Of a stretch of 20,345 nucleotides of DNA, positions 1 through 7,905 are shown piece by piece (positions within the stretch are counted from its first letter, which is position 1; each line of letters starts with the position of its first letter). The notes under the pieces were generated by a model that searched no databases, was not told the origin of the DNA, and was given only the letters and a program-made list of their open reading frames with translations. The position numbers and the translations under genes are program-made. Source of the stretch: Escherichia phage vB_EcoS-611R4; sequence record ON470587; one strand, 5' to 3'.

Positions 1-15
1 TTTGTGGGGTCAGCA

Positions 16-480
16 ATGAACAGAGTAACCGCGATTATCTCCGCTCTGGTTATCTGCATCGTCGTCTGCCTGTCATGGGCTGTTAATCATTACCGTGATA
101 ACGCCATCGCCTACAAAGAACAGCGCGACAAAAATGCCAGAGAACTGAAGCTGGCGAACGCGGCAATTACTGACATGCAGATGCGTCAGCGTGATGTTGC
201 TGCGCTCGATGCAAAATACACGAAGGAGTTAGCTGATGCGAAAGCTGAAAATGATGCTCTGCGTGATGATGTTGCCGCTGGTCGTCGTCGGTTGCACATC
301 AAAGCAGTCTGTCAGTCAGTGCGTGAAGCCACCACCGCCTCCGGCGTGGATAATGCAGCCTCCCCCCGACTGGCAGACACCGCTGAACGGGATTATTTCA
401 CCCTCCGGGAACGACTGGTAATGATGCAGGCCCAACTTGAAGGTGCTCAGCAATACATAACCGAGCAGTGTTTAAAGTAA
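16..480 (+). CDS. Rz: Rz i-spanin (inner-membrane spanin subunit, lysis)
   Basis: ORF track 4..480; first ATG at 16 gives [23 protein letters not shown]... (N-terminal TM helix, then coiled-coil periplasmic domain). Near-identical to phage lambda Rz as I recall it. Contains the embedded +1-frame Rz1 ORF, the diagnostic spanin arrangement. The upstream endolysin gene lies outside the window. Confidence 0.9.
   Translation: MNRVTAIISALVICIVVCLSWAVNHYRDNAIAYKEQRDKNARELKLANAAITDMQMRQRDVAALDAKYTKELADAKAENDALRDDVAAGRRRLHIKAVCQSVREATTASGVDNAASPRLADTAERDYFTLRERLVMMQAQLEGAQQYITEQCLK
236..421 (+). CDS. Rz1: Rz1 o-spanin (outer-membrane lipoprotein), embedded in Rz in the +1 frame
   Basis: ORF 236..421 (61 aa) [24 protein letters not shown]...: signal peptide with lipobox VVGC, proline-rich mature part ([15 protein letters not shown]). 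Entirely nested in Rz, as in lambda. Confidence 0.85.
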   Translation: MRKLKMMLCVMMLPLVVVGCTSKQSVSQCVKPPPPPAWIMQPPPDWQTPLNGIISPSGNDW

Positions 481-617
481 AATCTTAACTACAATATGAT
501 TCATTTTGATGATTGTTTCATAAGGAACAGTGAAGTAAGATCTAAGAGGAGTTAAATTTTATACAGTATAATCATAATATTGCAGCAAGGTGGTTATAAT
601 TGAAAGAATATTTAGAT

Positions 618-2075
618 ATGAATACATCTCATGTAAGAGTTGTTACTCATATGTGTGGGTTCCTGGTTTGGCTCTATAGTCTTTCAATGTTGCCACCAAT
701 GGTTGTAGCATTGTTTTATAAAGAAAAAAGCCTGTTCGTTTTCTTTATAACTTTCGTTATATTTTTTTGCATTGGTGGCGGAGCGTGGTATACAACTAAG
801 AAATCTGGCATTCAATTACGTACCCGTGATGGGTTTATTATAATTGTAATGTTTTGGATTTTGTTTTCTGTTATTAGTGCATTCCCTTTATGGATTGACT
901 CAGAACTTAATTTAACGTTCATTGATGCTCTGTTTGAAGGGGTTTCTGGAATAACAACAACAGGAGCAACTGTAATTGATGATGTTAGTTCATTACCTCG
1001 GGCATATTTGTACTATCGGTCACAGTTAAATTTTATAGGTGGTTTAGGAGTTATTGTTCTGGCGGTTGCTGTATTGCCATTATTGGGTATTGGTGGTGCA
1101 AAGCTTTATCAGTCAGAAATGCCGGGGCCATTTAAGGATGACAAACTCACTCCCCGCCTGGCCGATACGTCACGGACACTGTGGATAACTTATTCTTTAT
1201 TAGGTATTGCTTGTATTGTCTGTTATAGACTTGCAGGAATGCCTTTGTTTGATGCTATTTGTCACGGGATTTCCACAGTTTCGCTTGGTGGTTTCTCAAC
1301 TCATAGCGAGAGTATCGGATATTTTAATAACTATTTGGTTGAGCTGGTGGCTGGTTCTTTTTCCCTGCTATCGGCTTTCAACTTCACTCTTTGGTATATT
1401 GTTATTAGCAGGAAAACGATAAAACCTTTAATCAGAGATATTGAACTTCGTTTCTTTCTGTTAATAGCCTTAGGGGTGATCATTGTTACCTCTTTCCAGG
1501 TCTGGCATATAGGTATGTATGACTTGCATGGAAGTTTTATTCATTCGTTTTTTCTTGCCAGCTCCATGCTCACTGATAATGGTTTAGCTACGCAGGATTA
1601 TGCAAGTTGGCCCACGCACACGATAGTGTTTTTGCTGTTGTCAAGTTTCTTTGGGGGATGTATAGGTTCAACTTGTGGTGGAATTAAGTCACTTCGATTT
1701 CTTATACTTTTCAAACAAAGCAAACACGAGATAAATCAGCTTTCTCATCCCAGAGCGTTGTTGAGTGTAAATGTAGGAGGGAAGATAGTTACAGATCGTG
1801 TAATGAGGTCTGTATGGAGTTTCTTTTTTCTTTATACTCTCTTCACGGTGTTTTTTATACTGGTGTTAAATGGTATGGGATATGATTTTCTTACATCATT
1901 TGCAACAGTGGCTGCATGTATTAATAATATGGGATTAGGTTTTGGGGCTACTGCATCGTCATTCGGAGTGCTTAATGACATTGCAAAATGTTTAATGTGC
2001 ATAGCTATGATTCTTGGTCGCCTTGAAATTTATCCTGTTATTATATTGTTTTCAGGTTTTTTTTGGCGCTCCTAA
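618..2075 (+). CDS. trkG: TrkG/TrkH-family potassium uptake membrane protein (phage moron)
   Basis: ORF 600..2075; polytopic membrane protein with repeated pore-loop glycine motifs (SGITTTGATV, LGGFSTHSES, TCGGIKS, NMGLGFGA) typical of the TrkH/KtrB superfamily. From MNTSHVRVV... it matches my recollection of E. coli Rac-prophage TrkG (485 aa), which also sits directly after an Rz/Rz1 pair. Start uncertain: ATG 618 (homology) versus TTG 600, which has a better SD (AAGGTGG at 587..593). Gene is visibly AT-rich relative to its flanks. Confidence 0.85.
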   Translation: MNTSHVRVVTHMCGFLVWLYSLSMLPPMVVALFYKEKSLFVFFITFVIFFCIGGGAWYTTKKSGIQLRTRDGFIIIVMFWILFSVISAFPLWIDSELNLTFIDALFEGVSGITTTGATVIDDVSSLPRAYLYYRSQLNFIGGLGVIVLAVAVLPLLGIGGAKLYQSEMPGPFKDDKLTPRLADTSRTLWITYSLLGIACIVCYRLAGMPLFDAICHGISTVSLGGFSTHSESIGYFNNYLVELVAGSFSLLSAFNFTLWYIVISRKTIKPLIRDIELRFFLLIALGVIIVTSFQVWHIGMYDLHGSFIHSFFLASSMLTDNGLATQDYASWPTHTIVFLLLSSFFGGCIGSTCGGIKSLRFLILFKQSKHEINQLSHPRALLSVNVGGKIVTDRVMRSVWSFFFLYTLFTVFFILVLNGMGYDFLTSFATVAACINNMGLGFGATASSFGVLNDIAKCLMCIAMILGRLEIYPVIILFSGFFWRS

Positions 2076-2161
2076 TATATGGCTGATTTATAATTGTGAG
2101 TTTAATATTATGTTGACTCACTCATTGATCCAATACCTAACTTTACCAGCAACCCCTCCGT

Positions 2162-2195
2162 CCCCAGTAGCACTGGCTGCTGGGGTGCGTTTTAT
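2162..2195 (+). terminator. putative rho-independent terminator downstream of trkG
   Basis: Inverted repeat CCCCAGTAGC / GCTGCTGGGG (10-bp stem with one G.U, loop ACTG) at 2162..2185, followed by TGCG then TTTTATT. Fits moron architecture (own terminator). Confidence 0.4.
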
Positions 2196-2212
2196 TCATA
2201 AAGCAAGGCTGT

Positions 2213-3004
2213 ATGAGCGAGAAATTAAAGATAGTCTATCGCCCATTACAAGAATTGTCACCGTATGCGCACAACGCCAGGACGCACAGCCCTGAGCAGG
2301 TGGCACAACTGGTAGAAAGTATTAAGCAATTCGGCTGGACTAATCCGGTGCTGATTGACGAAAAGGGCGAAATTATTGCGGGTCACGGTCGTGTTATGGC
2401 GGCTGAAATGCTCAAAATGGATTCTGTTCCGGTCATTGTTCTGTCTGGCCTGACGGATGAGCAGAAAAAGGCGTACCGCCTGGCAGATAATCGCCTGCCG
2501 ATGAATGCTGGCTGGGATGAAGATCTGTTGCGGATGGAGCTGTCGGACCTAATCAATGCTGATTTTGATGTCTCCCTGACAGGCTTCATCCCGACAGAAA
2601 TTGATGAACTGTTGACGGATGTTTTGCCCGGTACAGGAAATGAGGAGGAGCCGTATACGACGAAAATTGATACGCCTGTTTATGAGCCGTCGGGCGGTAA
2701 ACCGGATATCAGTGAACTGTACGACGATACGAAAACTCAGGAGCTGATCAGCCGGATACGTTCGGCGTCCCTTGAGCCTGATATTGAGAAATTCCTCCTG
2801 TGTGCGGCAGAACGTCACACGGTGTTTAATTTCAGCAGAATTGCGGACTATTACGCTCACGCCCCCTCTGAAATTCAGTGTTTTTTCGAGGAGTCGGCGC
2901 TGGTGATCATTGATTATCAGCAGGCTATTGAAAATGGATTTGTCCGGATGACGCAGCGCATGGTGGAGATCATGCATGGTGGTGAGGAGGAGGAATATGC
3001 GTGA
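2213..3004 (+). CDS. ParB-like nuclease-domain (ParB/Srx fold) protein with uncharacterised C-terminal domain
   Basis: ORF 2213..3004 (263 aa). The N-terminal ~100 aa carry ParB N-domain hallmarks: YRPLQELSPYAHNARTH (box I-like) and GHGRVMAA (counterpart of the ParB GERRxRAA arginine-finger box), then DEQKKAYRLADN. The acidic C-terminal half has no recognisable motif. Same position as ynaK next to trkG in K-12 Rac, as far as I recall. Confidence 0.75.
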   Translation: MSEKLKIVYRPLQELSPYAHNARTHSPEQVAQLVESIKQFGWTNPVLIDEKGEIIAGHGRVMAAEMLKMDSVPVIVLSGLTDEQKKAYRLADNRLPMNAGWDEDLLRMELSDLINADFDVSLTGFIPTEIDELLTDVLPGTGNEEEPYTTKIDTPVYEPSGGKPDISELYDDTKTQELISRIRSASLEPDIEKFLLCAAERHTVFNFSRIADYYAHAPSEIQCFFEESALVIIDYQQAIENGFVRMTQRMVEIMHGGEEEEYA

Positions 3005-3929
3005 TGATTTTTGCGCCTTTATTCTGACTCACGGGCGACCGGACAAAGTTCTGACTTACCGGACGTTGCGTCGTGCTGGCTATACCGGGAAAATTTTTAT
3101 CGTTGTTGATGATGAAGATAAGACACGGAATCAGTACATGGCTGAATTTGGTGAACAGGTGCTGGTGTTTTCCAAAGCCGATATCGCCAGTCGTTTTGAC
3201 GAAGCCGATAATTTCTGTGACCGCCGCTCAATTTTTTACGCCCGTAATGCCTGTTTCGACCTGGCAAAACTGGTCGGGTGTAAATACTTCATTCAGCTCG
3301 ATGATGATTATCACGAGTTCCAGTTTCGGGTGGATCGCAACTATGACCAGGCCTATTTTCCGATAAGGAAACTGGATGCGATCCTTTCTGAAATGCTGGC
3401 GTACTACGAATCAATACCTGCTCTTTCCATCGCTATGTCGCAGGGCGGGGATTTTCTTGGTGACAATGGCGGCCATGCTTCGTGGGTGAAACGCAAGGCA
3501 ATGAACAGCTTTATCTGTTCGGTTGATCGACCGTTCTCATTCATGGGGCGCATTAACGAGGATGTGAATACGTACACGAATCTCGGTCGCTGTGGTGAAT
3601 TGTTTATGACGATCGGTGCTGTCCAGTTAGGGCAGAAACAGACGCAGAAAAACAGCGGCGGAATGACCGAGCTGTATCTGGATTCCGGAACCTACGTTAA
3701 AAGTTTTTACTCCGTCATGTATGCGCCGTCGTGCGTAAAAATCTCACTGATGGGTGCCAGCCATAAACGCATTCACCATCAGGTCACCTGGAACAACGCT
3801 GCAGTAAAAATCCTTCACGAAAAATACAGGAAGAAGACACCCTGCATATCAATGGGGGTGACAAATGATTCCGTATTCGAAAGTCGAGTCTCTGGCAGCG
3901 TGCCGGATGACTGCACAACAAATCGCTGA
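2997..3929 (+). CDS. putative GT-A-fold nucleotide-sugar glycosyltransferase-like protein (uncharacterised)
   Basis: ORF track 2976..3929; preferred start ATG 2997, preceded by AGGAGGAGG and overlapping the ParB-like stop. N-terminal secondary-structure pattern matches GT-A enzymes: beta1 FCAFILTHGR, helix, beta2 KIFIVVDDED, then a DxD-like motif YFIQLDDDY and a later acidic motif INEDVN. No TM segments, no SAM or P-loop motif. Function assigned by inference only. Confidence 0.55.
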   Translation: MRDDFCAFILTHGRPDKVLTYRTLRRAGYTGKIFIVVDDEDKTRNQYMAEFGEQVLVFSKADIASRFDEADNFCDRRSIFYARNACFDLAKLVGCKYFIQLDDDYHEFQFRVDRNYDQAYFPIRKLDAILSEMLAYYESIPALSIAMSQGGDFLGDNGGHASWVKRKAMNSFICSVDRPFSFMGRINEDVNTYTNLGRCGELFMTIGAVQLGQKQTQKNSGGMTELYLDSGTYVKSFYSVMYAPSCVKISLMGASHKRIHHQVTWNNAAVKILHEKYRKKTPCISMGVTNDSVFESRVSGSVPDDCTTNR

Positions 3930-4116
3930 CGTTCTGGATGTTGATCTGAACCGACTGAAAGAAAATCGGGAAGCAATGACAGATTTTTATGCGGCCATCC
4001 GTAAGGGCAGAGCGAAAGGTGAAGCCGAGTTACGAGCGGCATTGTTTAAGCTTGCCAGAAAAGGGGATGCCTTTGCTCTGCGCGAACTACTCAGGGTGGA
4101 TAAAAATCAGGACTAA
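3865..4116 (+). CDS. hypothetical small protein (83 aa), possibly DNA-binding, immediately upstream of the small terminase
   Basis: ORF 3865..4116; ATG preceded by GGGGGTGA; overlaps the 3' end of the GT-A-like gene by 65 nt in another frame; stop lies 3 nt before the small terminase ATG. Helical, basic C-terminal half (AAIRKGRAKGEAELRAALFKLARKGD). No family recognised. Confidence 0.5.
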   Translation: MIPYSKVESLAACRMTAQQIADVLDVDLNRLKENREAMTDFYAAIRKGRAKGEAELRAALFKLARKGDAFALRELLRVDKNQD

Positions 4117-4119
4117 CTG

Positions 4120-5214
4120 ATGAGCAGACCGGACTGGGGGGCGTTGCAGCAGGAGTATATTGCTGAATACACCCGCTCCGGTATATCTCCGGTGGCATGG
4201 TGTGAAGCAAGGGGACTGAATTACGCAACAGCCCGTCGTTACATCAAAAAAACTCCGAAAAATGCGCAGACAGAAATGTGCAAAACTGCGCAAAAAAGTG
4301 CGCAGAAAAAATCTGCGCAGACTGCACAAAAGCGGAACGAAAAATCTCAGGAAAAAAAGCCAGTATTCGATGCGGGCCTGAATGAGGGCGACGCGGAGGA
4401 ATTTTCGTTCTGTCCCGATGAATTCGGCATTTCTGACCAGCAGGCTAAGTTTGCGATGCTTGTTGCTCAGGGTAAAAAGCCGACAGAGGCGTACCGACTA
4501 GCCGGTTATGAGGGGCAAGGTGCGACAGCTAACAGCAACGCCAGTCGTATGCTTAGAAATGCCAGGGTTTTTCGCGCTATCAGCTACTTCCGCAATCAGT
4601 ACCAGAAACGCTATACCGCAGACCTGGATTTACTAGTGAGTCAGTTGATGGCTATTGTCCTGGCCGACCCCAATCAGCTTGCACAATTTCGCCGTGTTAA
4701 CTGCCGTTATTGCTGGGGCGAGAATCATCTCTACCAGTGGCGCGATATAGCAGAATTCGACAAGGCAGCGGCGCAGGCTTCCAGAGATGGCAAACCCGAA
4801 CCGGAATATGGAGGCCTCGGCTTTGTTGATAACGCCATACCCAATCCGGACTGCCCGAAGTGCTGCGGTGAGGGAACGGGACAGCTTTATATGGCTGATA
4901 CCACTCTGCTTGATGGGGATGCGCGGCAATTATATGCAGGGGCAAAATTCGGAAAATTCGGCGTTGAGATCCTGCTGGAGGATAAGGCTGCCGCCCGGCG
5001 TGAATTGTTGCGTTTGCTTTCTGCTGGCGGGGATTTATGTGCAGATAAGCGGCTACAGGAACTGGAAATTGAACGGCGCAGAATGGAAAACCAGAAGCTG
5101 CGCAAAGAGATCGAAACGGTGGAAGATAATGAACATCCCCAGCCTGTGGCGATCAATATTAATGTGGTTGATGCCAGAGTAAGGAGTGATGAAGATGATC
5201 TCTCCGACGCTTAA
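4120..5214 (+). CDS. terminase small subunit (HTH N-terminus, low-complexity linker, C-terminal oligomerisation region)
   Basis: ORF 4120..5214 (364 aa), directly upstream of and overlapping the large terminase. N-terminal HTH-like segment (GISPVAWCEARGLNYATARRYIKK), then an AQK-rich linker encoded by TGCGCA repeats, then a coiled-coil C-terminus. Assignment by position and architecture. Confidence 0.7.
   Translation: MSRPDWGALQQEYIAEYTRSGISPVAWCEARGLNYATARRYIKKTPKNAQTEMCKTAQKSAQKKSAQTAQKRNEKSQEKKPVFDAGLNEGDAEEFSFCPDEFGISDQQAKFAMLVAQGKKPTEAYRLAGYEGQGATANSNASRMLRNARVFRAISYFRNQYQKRYTADLDLLVSQLMAIVLADPNQLAQFRRVNCRYCWGENHLYQWRDIAEFDKAAAQASRDGKPEPEYGGLGFVDNAIPNPDCPKCCGEGTGQLYMADTTLLDGDARQLYAGAKFGKFGVEILLEDKAAARRELLRLLSAGGDLCADKRLQELEIERRRMENQKLRKEIETVEDNEHPQPVAININVVDARVRSDEDDLSDA
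4262..4335 (+). repeat. degenerate tandem repeats TG(C/T)(G/A)CA(G/A)A(A), about six copies at ~12-bp spacing, inside the small terminase gene; candidate pac / TerS recognition site
   Basis: Copies start at 4263, 4277, 4287, 4299, 4314 and 4323 (TGCGCAGA, TGTGCAAAA, TGCGCAAAA, TGCGCAGAAA, TGCGCAGA, TGCACAAAA). Alternatively just the DNA image of the AQK peptide repeats. Confidence 0.3.
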
Positions 5215-6496
5215 TGTGCCTCAGGCGCGATTTCTTTCAATGCCCCATAAATTTAAAGCCTATATTGCTGGTTTTGGCTCGGGCAAAACATGGGTTGGGT
5301 GTGGCGGCATATGCAAGGGGATTTGGGAGCATCCAGGTATAAATCAGGGATATTTTGCGCCAACGTATCCCCAAATTCGCGATATTTTTTACCCTACAGT
5401 GGAAGAAGTTGCTGCTGACTGGGGATTGAACGTAAAAATTAATGAGGGAAATAAAGAGGTTCACTTTTATTACGGACGCCAGTATCGGGGAACCACTATC
5501 TGCAGATCGATGGAGAAGCCACAAACGATCGTCGGTTTCAAAATTGGTAATGCGTTGGTGGATGAACTGGACATTTTGCCGAAGGAAAAAGCCAGAACGG
5601 CGTGGCGCAAGATAATTGCGCGTATGCGTTATAAGATTGATGGACTTCGCAACGGTATTGACGTTACAACCACGCCGGAAGGATTCAAATTTGTCTACGA
5701 GCAGTTTGTTAAAGCCGTGCGTGAAAAAACAGAGCTGGCCTCACTGTATGGTCTGGTGCAGGCATCTACTTTCGATAATGAAAAGAACCTGCCAGCAGAT
5801 TACATTCCTTCGCTTCTTGAATCATACCCTCCAGAGCTGATTAAAGCCTATCTGCGAGGACAGTTTACTAACCTGACAAGTGGTACTGTTTACCATCAGT
5901 TTGACCGGAAACTGAATAATTGCGAAGAAGTGGAGCAGCCAGGGGAGCCGATTTATATTGGGATGGATTTTAACGTTGGAAAGATGGCGGGAATCGTCCA
6001 TGTGCTGCGTTTGGGGCTTCCATGTGCGGTAACTGAAATCATCAATGCCTACGATACGCCGGATATGATCCGCATCATTAAAGAACGCTTCTGGCTGTAT
6101 GATGGGAATGATTACCGGAAAGTGAGGGAAATTTATATTTATCCAGATGCTTCCGGGGATTCCAGAAAATCAAGTAACGCAAGTACGACGGATATAGCCC
6201 AGCTTAAGCAGGCTGGTTTTAACGTTGTGGTGAACAGCTCGAACCCGCCAGTAAAAGATCGCGTTAACTCAATGAATGCAATGTTCTGCAATGCCAATGG
6301 TGAGCGTCGCTATAAAGTTAATGTGAAGCGTTGCCCGTTATATGCCGAATCTCTGGAGCAACAGGTCTGGGATGAGAAGGGGGAGCCTGATAAAAAATCT
6401 GGCAATGATCACCCGAATGATGCCGGAGGTTATTTCATCGTTAAGCAATTCCCTATTGTCAAACCGACCGGAAGAGTCACATCACTTCGGATTTAA
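5186..6496 (+). CDS. terminase large subunit (ATPase/nuclease)
   Basis: ORF 5186..6496 (436 aa). Walker A P-loop AGFGSGKTW near the N-terminus, Walker B-like hydrophobic stretch plus acidic pair (NALVDELD), acidic C-terminal nuclease-like region (YIYPDASGDS). Overlaps the end of the small terminase gene. Confidence 0.85.
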   Translation: MMKMISPTLNVPQARFLSMPHKFKAYIAGFGSGKTWVGCGGICKGIWEHPGINQGYFAPTYPQIRDIFYPTVEEVAADWGLNVKINEGNKEVHFYYGRQYRGTTICRSMEKPQTIVGFKIGNALVDELDILPKEKARTAWRKIIARMRYKIDGLRNGIDVTTTPEGFKFVYEQFVKAVREKTELASLYGLVQASTFDNEKNLPADYIPSLLESYPPELIKAYLRGQFTNLTSGTVYHQFDRKLNNCEEVEQPGEPIYIGMDFNVGKMAGIVHVLRLGLPCAVTEIINAYDTPDMIRIIKERFWLYDGNDYRKVREIYIYPDASGDSRKSSNASTTDIAQLKQAGFNVVVNSSNPPVKDRVNSMNAMFCNANGERRYKVNVKRCPLYAESLEQQVWDEKGEPDKKSGNDHPNDAGGYFIVKQFPIVKPTGRVTSLRI

Positions 6497-6498
6497 TT

Positions 6499-7905
6499 AT
6501 GGCTGATATATCAACACCCAACCTCGACTATAACGATATGCTGGAGGCGTGGGATATTAACGACGCACTGATGGGCGGTACGCTTGAAATGCGCAGGCAG
6601 GGGGAAAATTATCTCCCAAAATGGCCTAACGAAGATGAAGACGCTTATAAAAAACGCCTGTCTGTGGCTACGCTACTTCCTGTGTATGAAGAAAGCATCA
6701 AGCAAAATATTGGGCGCATATTTGCAGAGCCGACAGTATTGAGTGAGGAAACGCCGGCAAAAATCAGGGAATATGCAGAAAATATCGACATGGAGGGAAG
6801 CCGACTGGATGTGTGGGCGCAGCAATTTTTCAGCCTCGCATTTCAGTATGGTGTGGCACATGCGCTGGTGGACTATCCACGAACGGATATGAAAGAGATT
6901 CGGACAAAAGCCGATGAAAACGCGGCCGGTAGTCGTCCGTACGTTACGATGCTGAATCCACGCCAGGTTATTGGATGGAAATCGAAAGTTGAAAAAGGGA
7001 AAGTTGTTCTCACTGATTTGCGTATAAAAGAGGTCATCATTATTGATGGTGATGATTTCGGGCAGAAGAAGGTGGAGCAGATCCGCCATATTATGCCCCG
7101 TCGAGTTGAAATTTATCGACGTAGCGAAGGCACTAATGGCGAATCTGTCTGGACGCTTCATGAGTCATGGAATACCAGCCGTGATGATATTCCTCTGGTA
7201 ACACTGTACACGAAGAAAACAGGATTTATGCGTGGTACACCGCCATTGCTTAATCTTGGCTTGCTGAATATCAAGCACTGGCAAAGCCAGAGCGAGCAGG
7301 ACAATATTCTTCATGTTGCCCGCGTTCCATTGCTGGTGGCCTACGGGCTGGACAGGAATGAAGAACTGACGGTTGGTGCATCCACCGCTACGATTTTTGA
7401 GGACAGAACAAAAAATGGCCTCGAATATGTTGAACATAGTGGCGCAGCGATAGAATCTGGCGAAACATCACTTGAGAAGCTGGAAAATCAGATGCGTCAT
7501 GCCGGCGCTAAACTTCTGCGTGCTGAAAATACATCCACCAAATCTGTTGATCAGACTAATGAAGAGCGAATGCAGGAAAACTCGCCGCTTTATACAATGG
7601 CGAACTCCCTCGAAGATGCCCTCGATAATATTCTCCAGATAATGGCGGAATGGATCGGAGAGAGTTGCGGTGGCAATGTGGATGTGCGCACTGAACTGGA
7701 TGTATCTGCCCAGGTGTTTGACTCATCCTCCGCGCTGGCTGTTCAGTCATTGCGTCAGGGCGGTGATATACGTCAGATTGATGCGATTCGGGTGTTGCAG
7801 GCGTTGAAATTTATCGATCAGGATTCCCGTCCAGAGGAAGTGATCGATGAATTAAAAAATCAGAGTGTAATGCTGATGGAAATCAATGATGCAAACCGTG
7901 AATGA
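6499..7905 (+). CDS. portal protein
   Basis: ORF 6499..7905 (468 aa) immediately after the large terminase (ATG 2 nt after its stop), followed by a MuF-like gene: the canonical terminase-portal-MuF order of headful-packaging phages. Size and acidic C-terminus are consistent. Assignment mainly by position. Confidence 0.7.
   Translation: MADISTPNLDYNDMLEAWDINDALMGGTLEMRRQGENYLPKWPNEDEDAYKKRLSVATLLPVYEESIKQNIGRIFAEPTVLSEETPAKIREYAENIDMEGSRLDVWAQQFFSLAFQYGVAHALVDYPRTDMKEIRTKADENAAGSRPYVTMLNPRQVIGWKSKVEKGKVVLTDLRIKEVIIIDGDDFGQKKVEQIRHIMPRRVEIYRRSEGTNGESVWTLHESWNTSRDDIPLVTLYTKKTGFMRGTPPLLNLGLLNIKHWQSQSEQDNILHVARVPLLVAYGLDRNEELTVGASTATIFEDRTKNGLEYVEHSGAAIESGETSLEKLENQMRHAGAKLLRAENTSTKSVDQTNEERMQENSPLYTMANSLEDALDNILQIMAEWIGESCGGNVDVRTELDVSAQVFDSSSALAVQSLRQGGDIRQIDAIRVLQALKFIDQDSRPEEVIDELKNQSVMLMEINDANRE

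Noticed and set aside
1-15. 3' end of the endolysin (R) gene at the window start
   Set aside because: Only 15 nt precede the Rz start; too short to support any call.
481-617. Specific sigma70 promoter upstream of trkG
   Set aside because: Two TATAAT hexamers exist (567..572, 595..600) but I could not pair either with a convincing -35 at 16-18-bp spacing, so the promoter is mentioned only as a hypothesis, not a feature.
2014-2295. ORF 2014..2295 (93 aa) spanning the trkG 3' end, the intergenic terminator and the ParB-like gene start
   Set aside because: Overlaps two supported genes and a hairpin terminator; hydrophobic translation reflects the AT-rich trkG frame.
2549-2977. Minus-strand ORF (142 aa) inside the ParB-like gene, and the similar antisense ORFs 2383..2589, 6673..7161, 7165..7437, 15297..15650 and 16351..16638
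   Set aside because: All are fully contained antisense within + strand genes that have clear domain signatures or operon context; no RBS or independent support.
4262-4335. Possible CRISPR array or other interspaced repeat locus (checked here and in the tape measure repeats at 15036..15660)
   Set aside because: Repeats are short, degenerate, in-frame and coding; no regular repeat-spacer structure anywhere in the window. No CRISPR array is present.
4787-5182. Nested alternative-frame + strand ORFs (for example 1207..1422, 3073..3366, 4787..5182, 9152..9442, 9497..9727, 10240..10551, 12213..12500, 17140..17355, 18853..19041, 19042..19242, 19497..19721, 20032..20280)
   Set aside because: Each sits in a different frame inside a longer, better-supported gene; no evidence of independent function.
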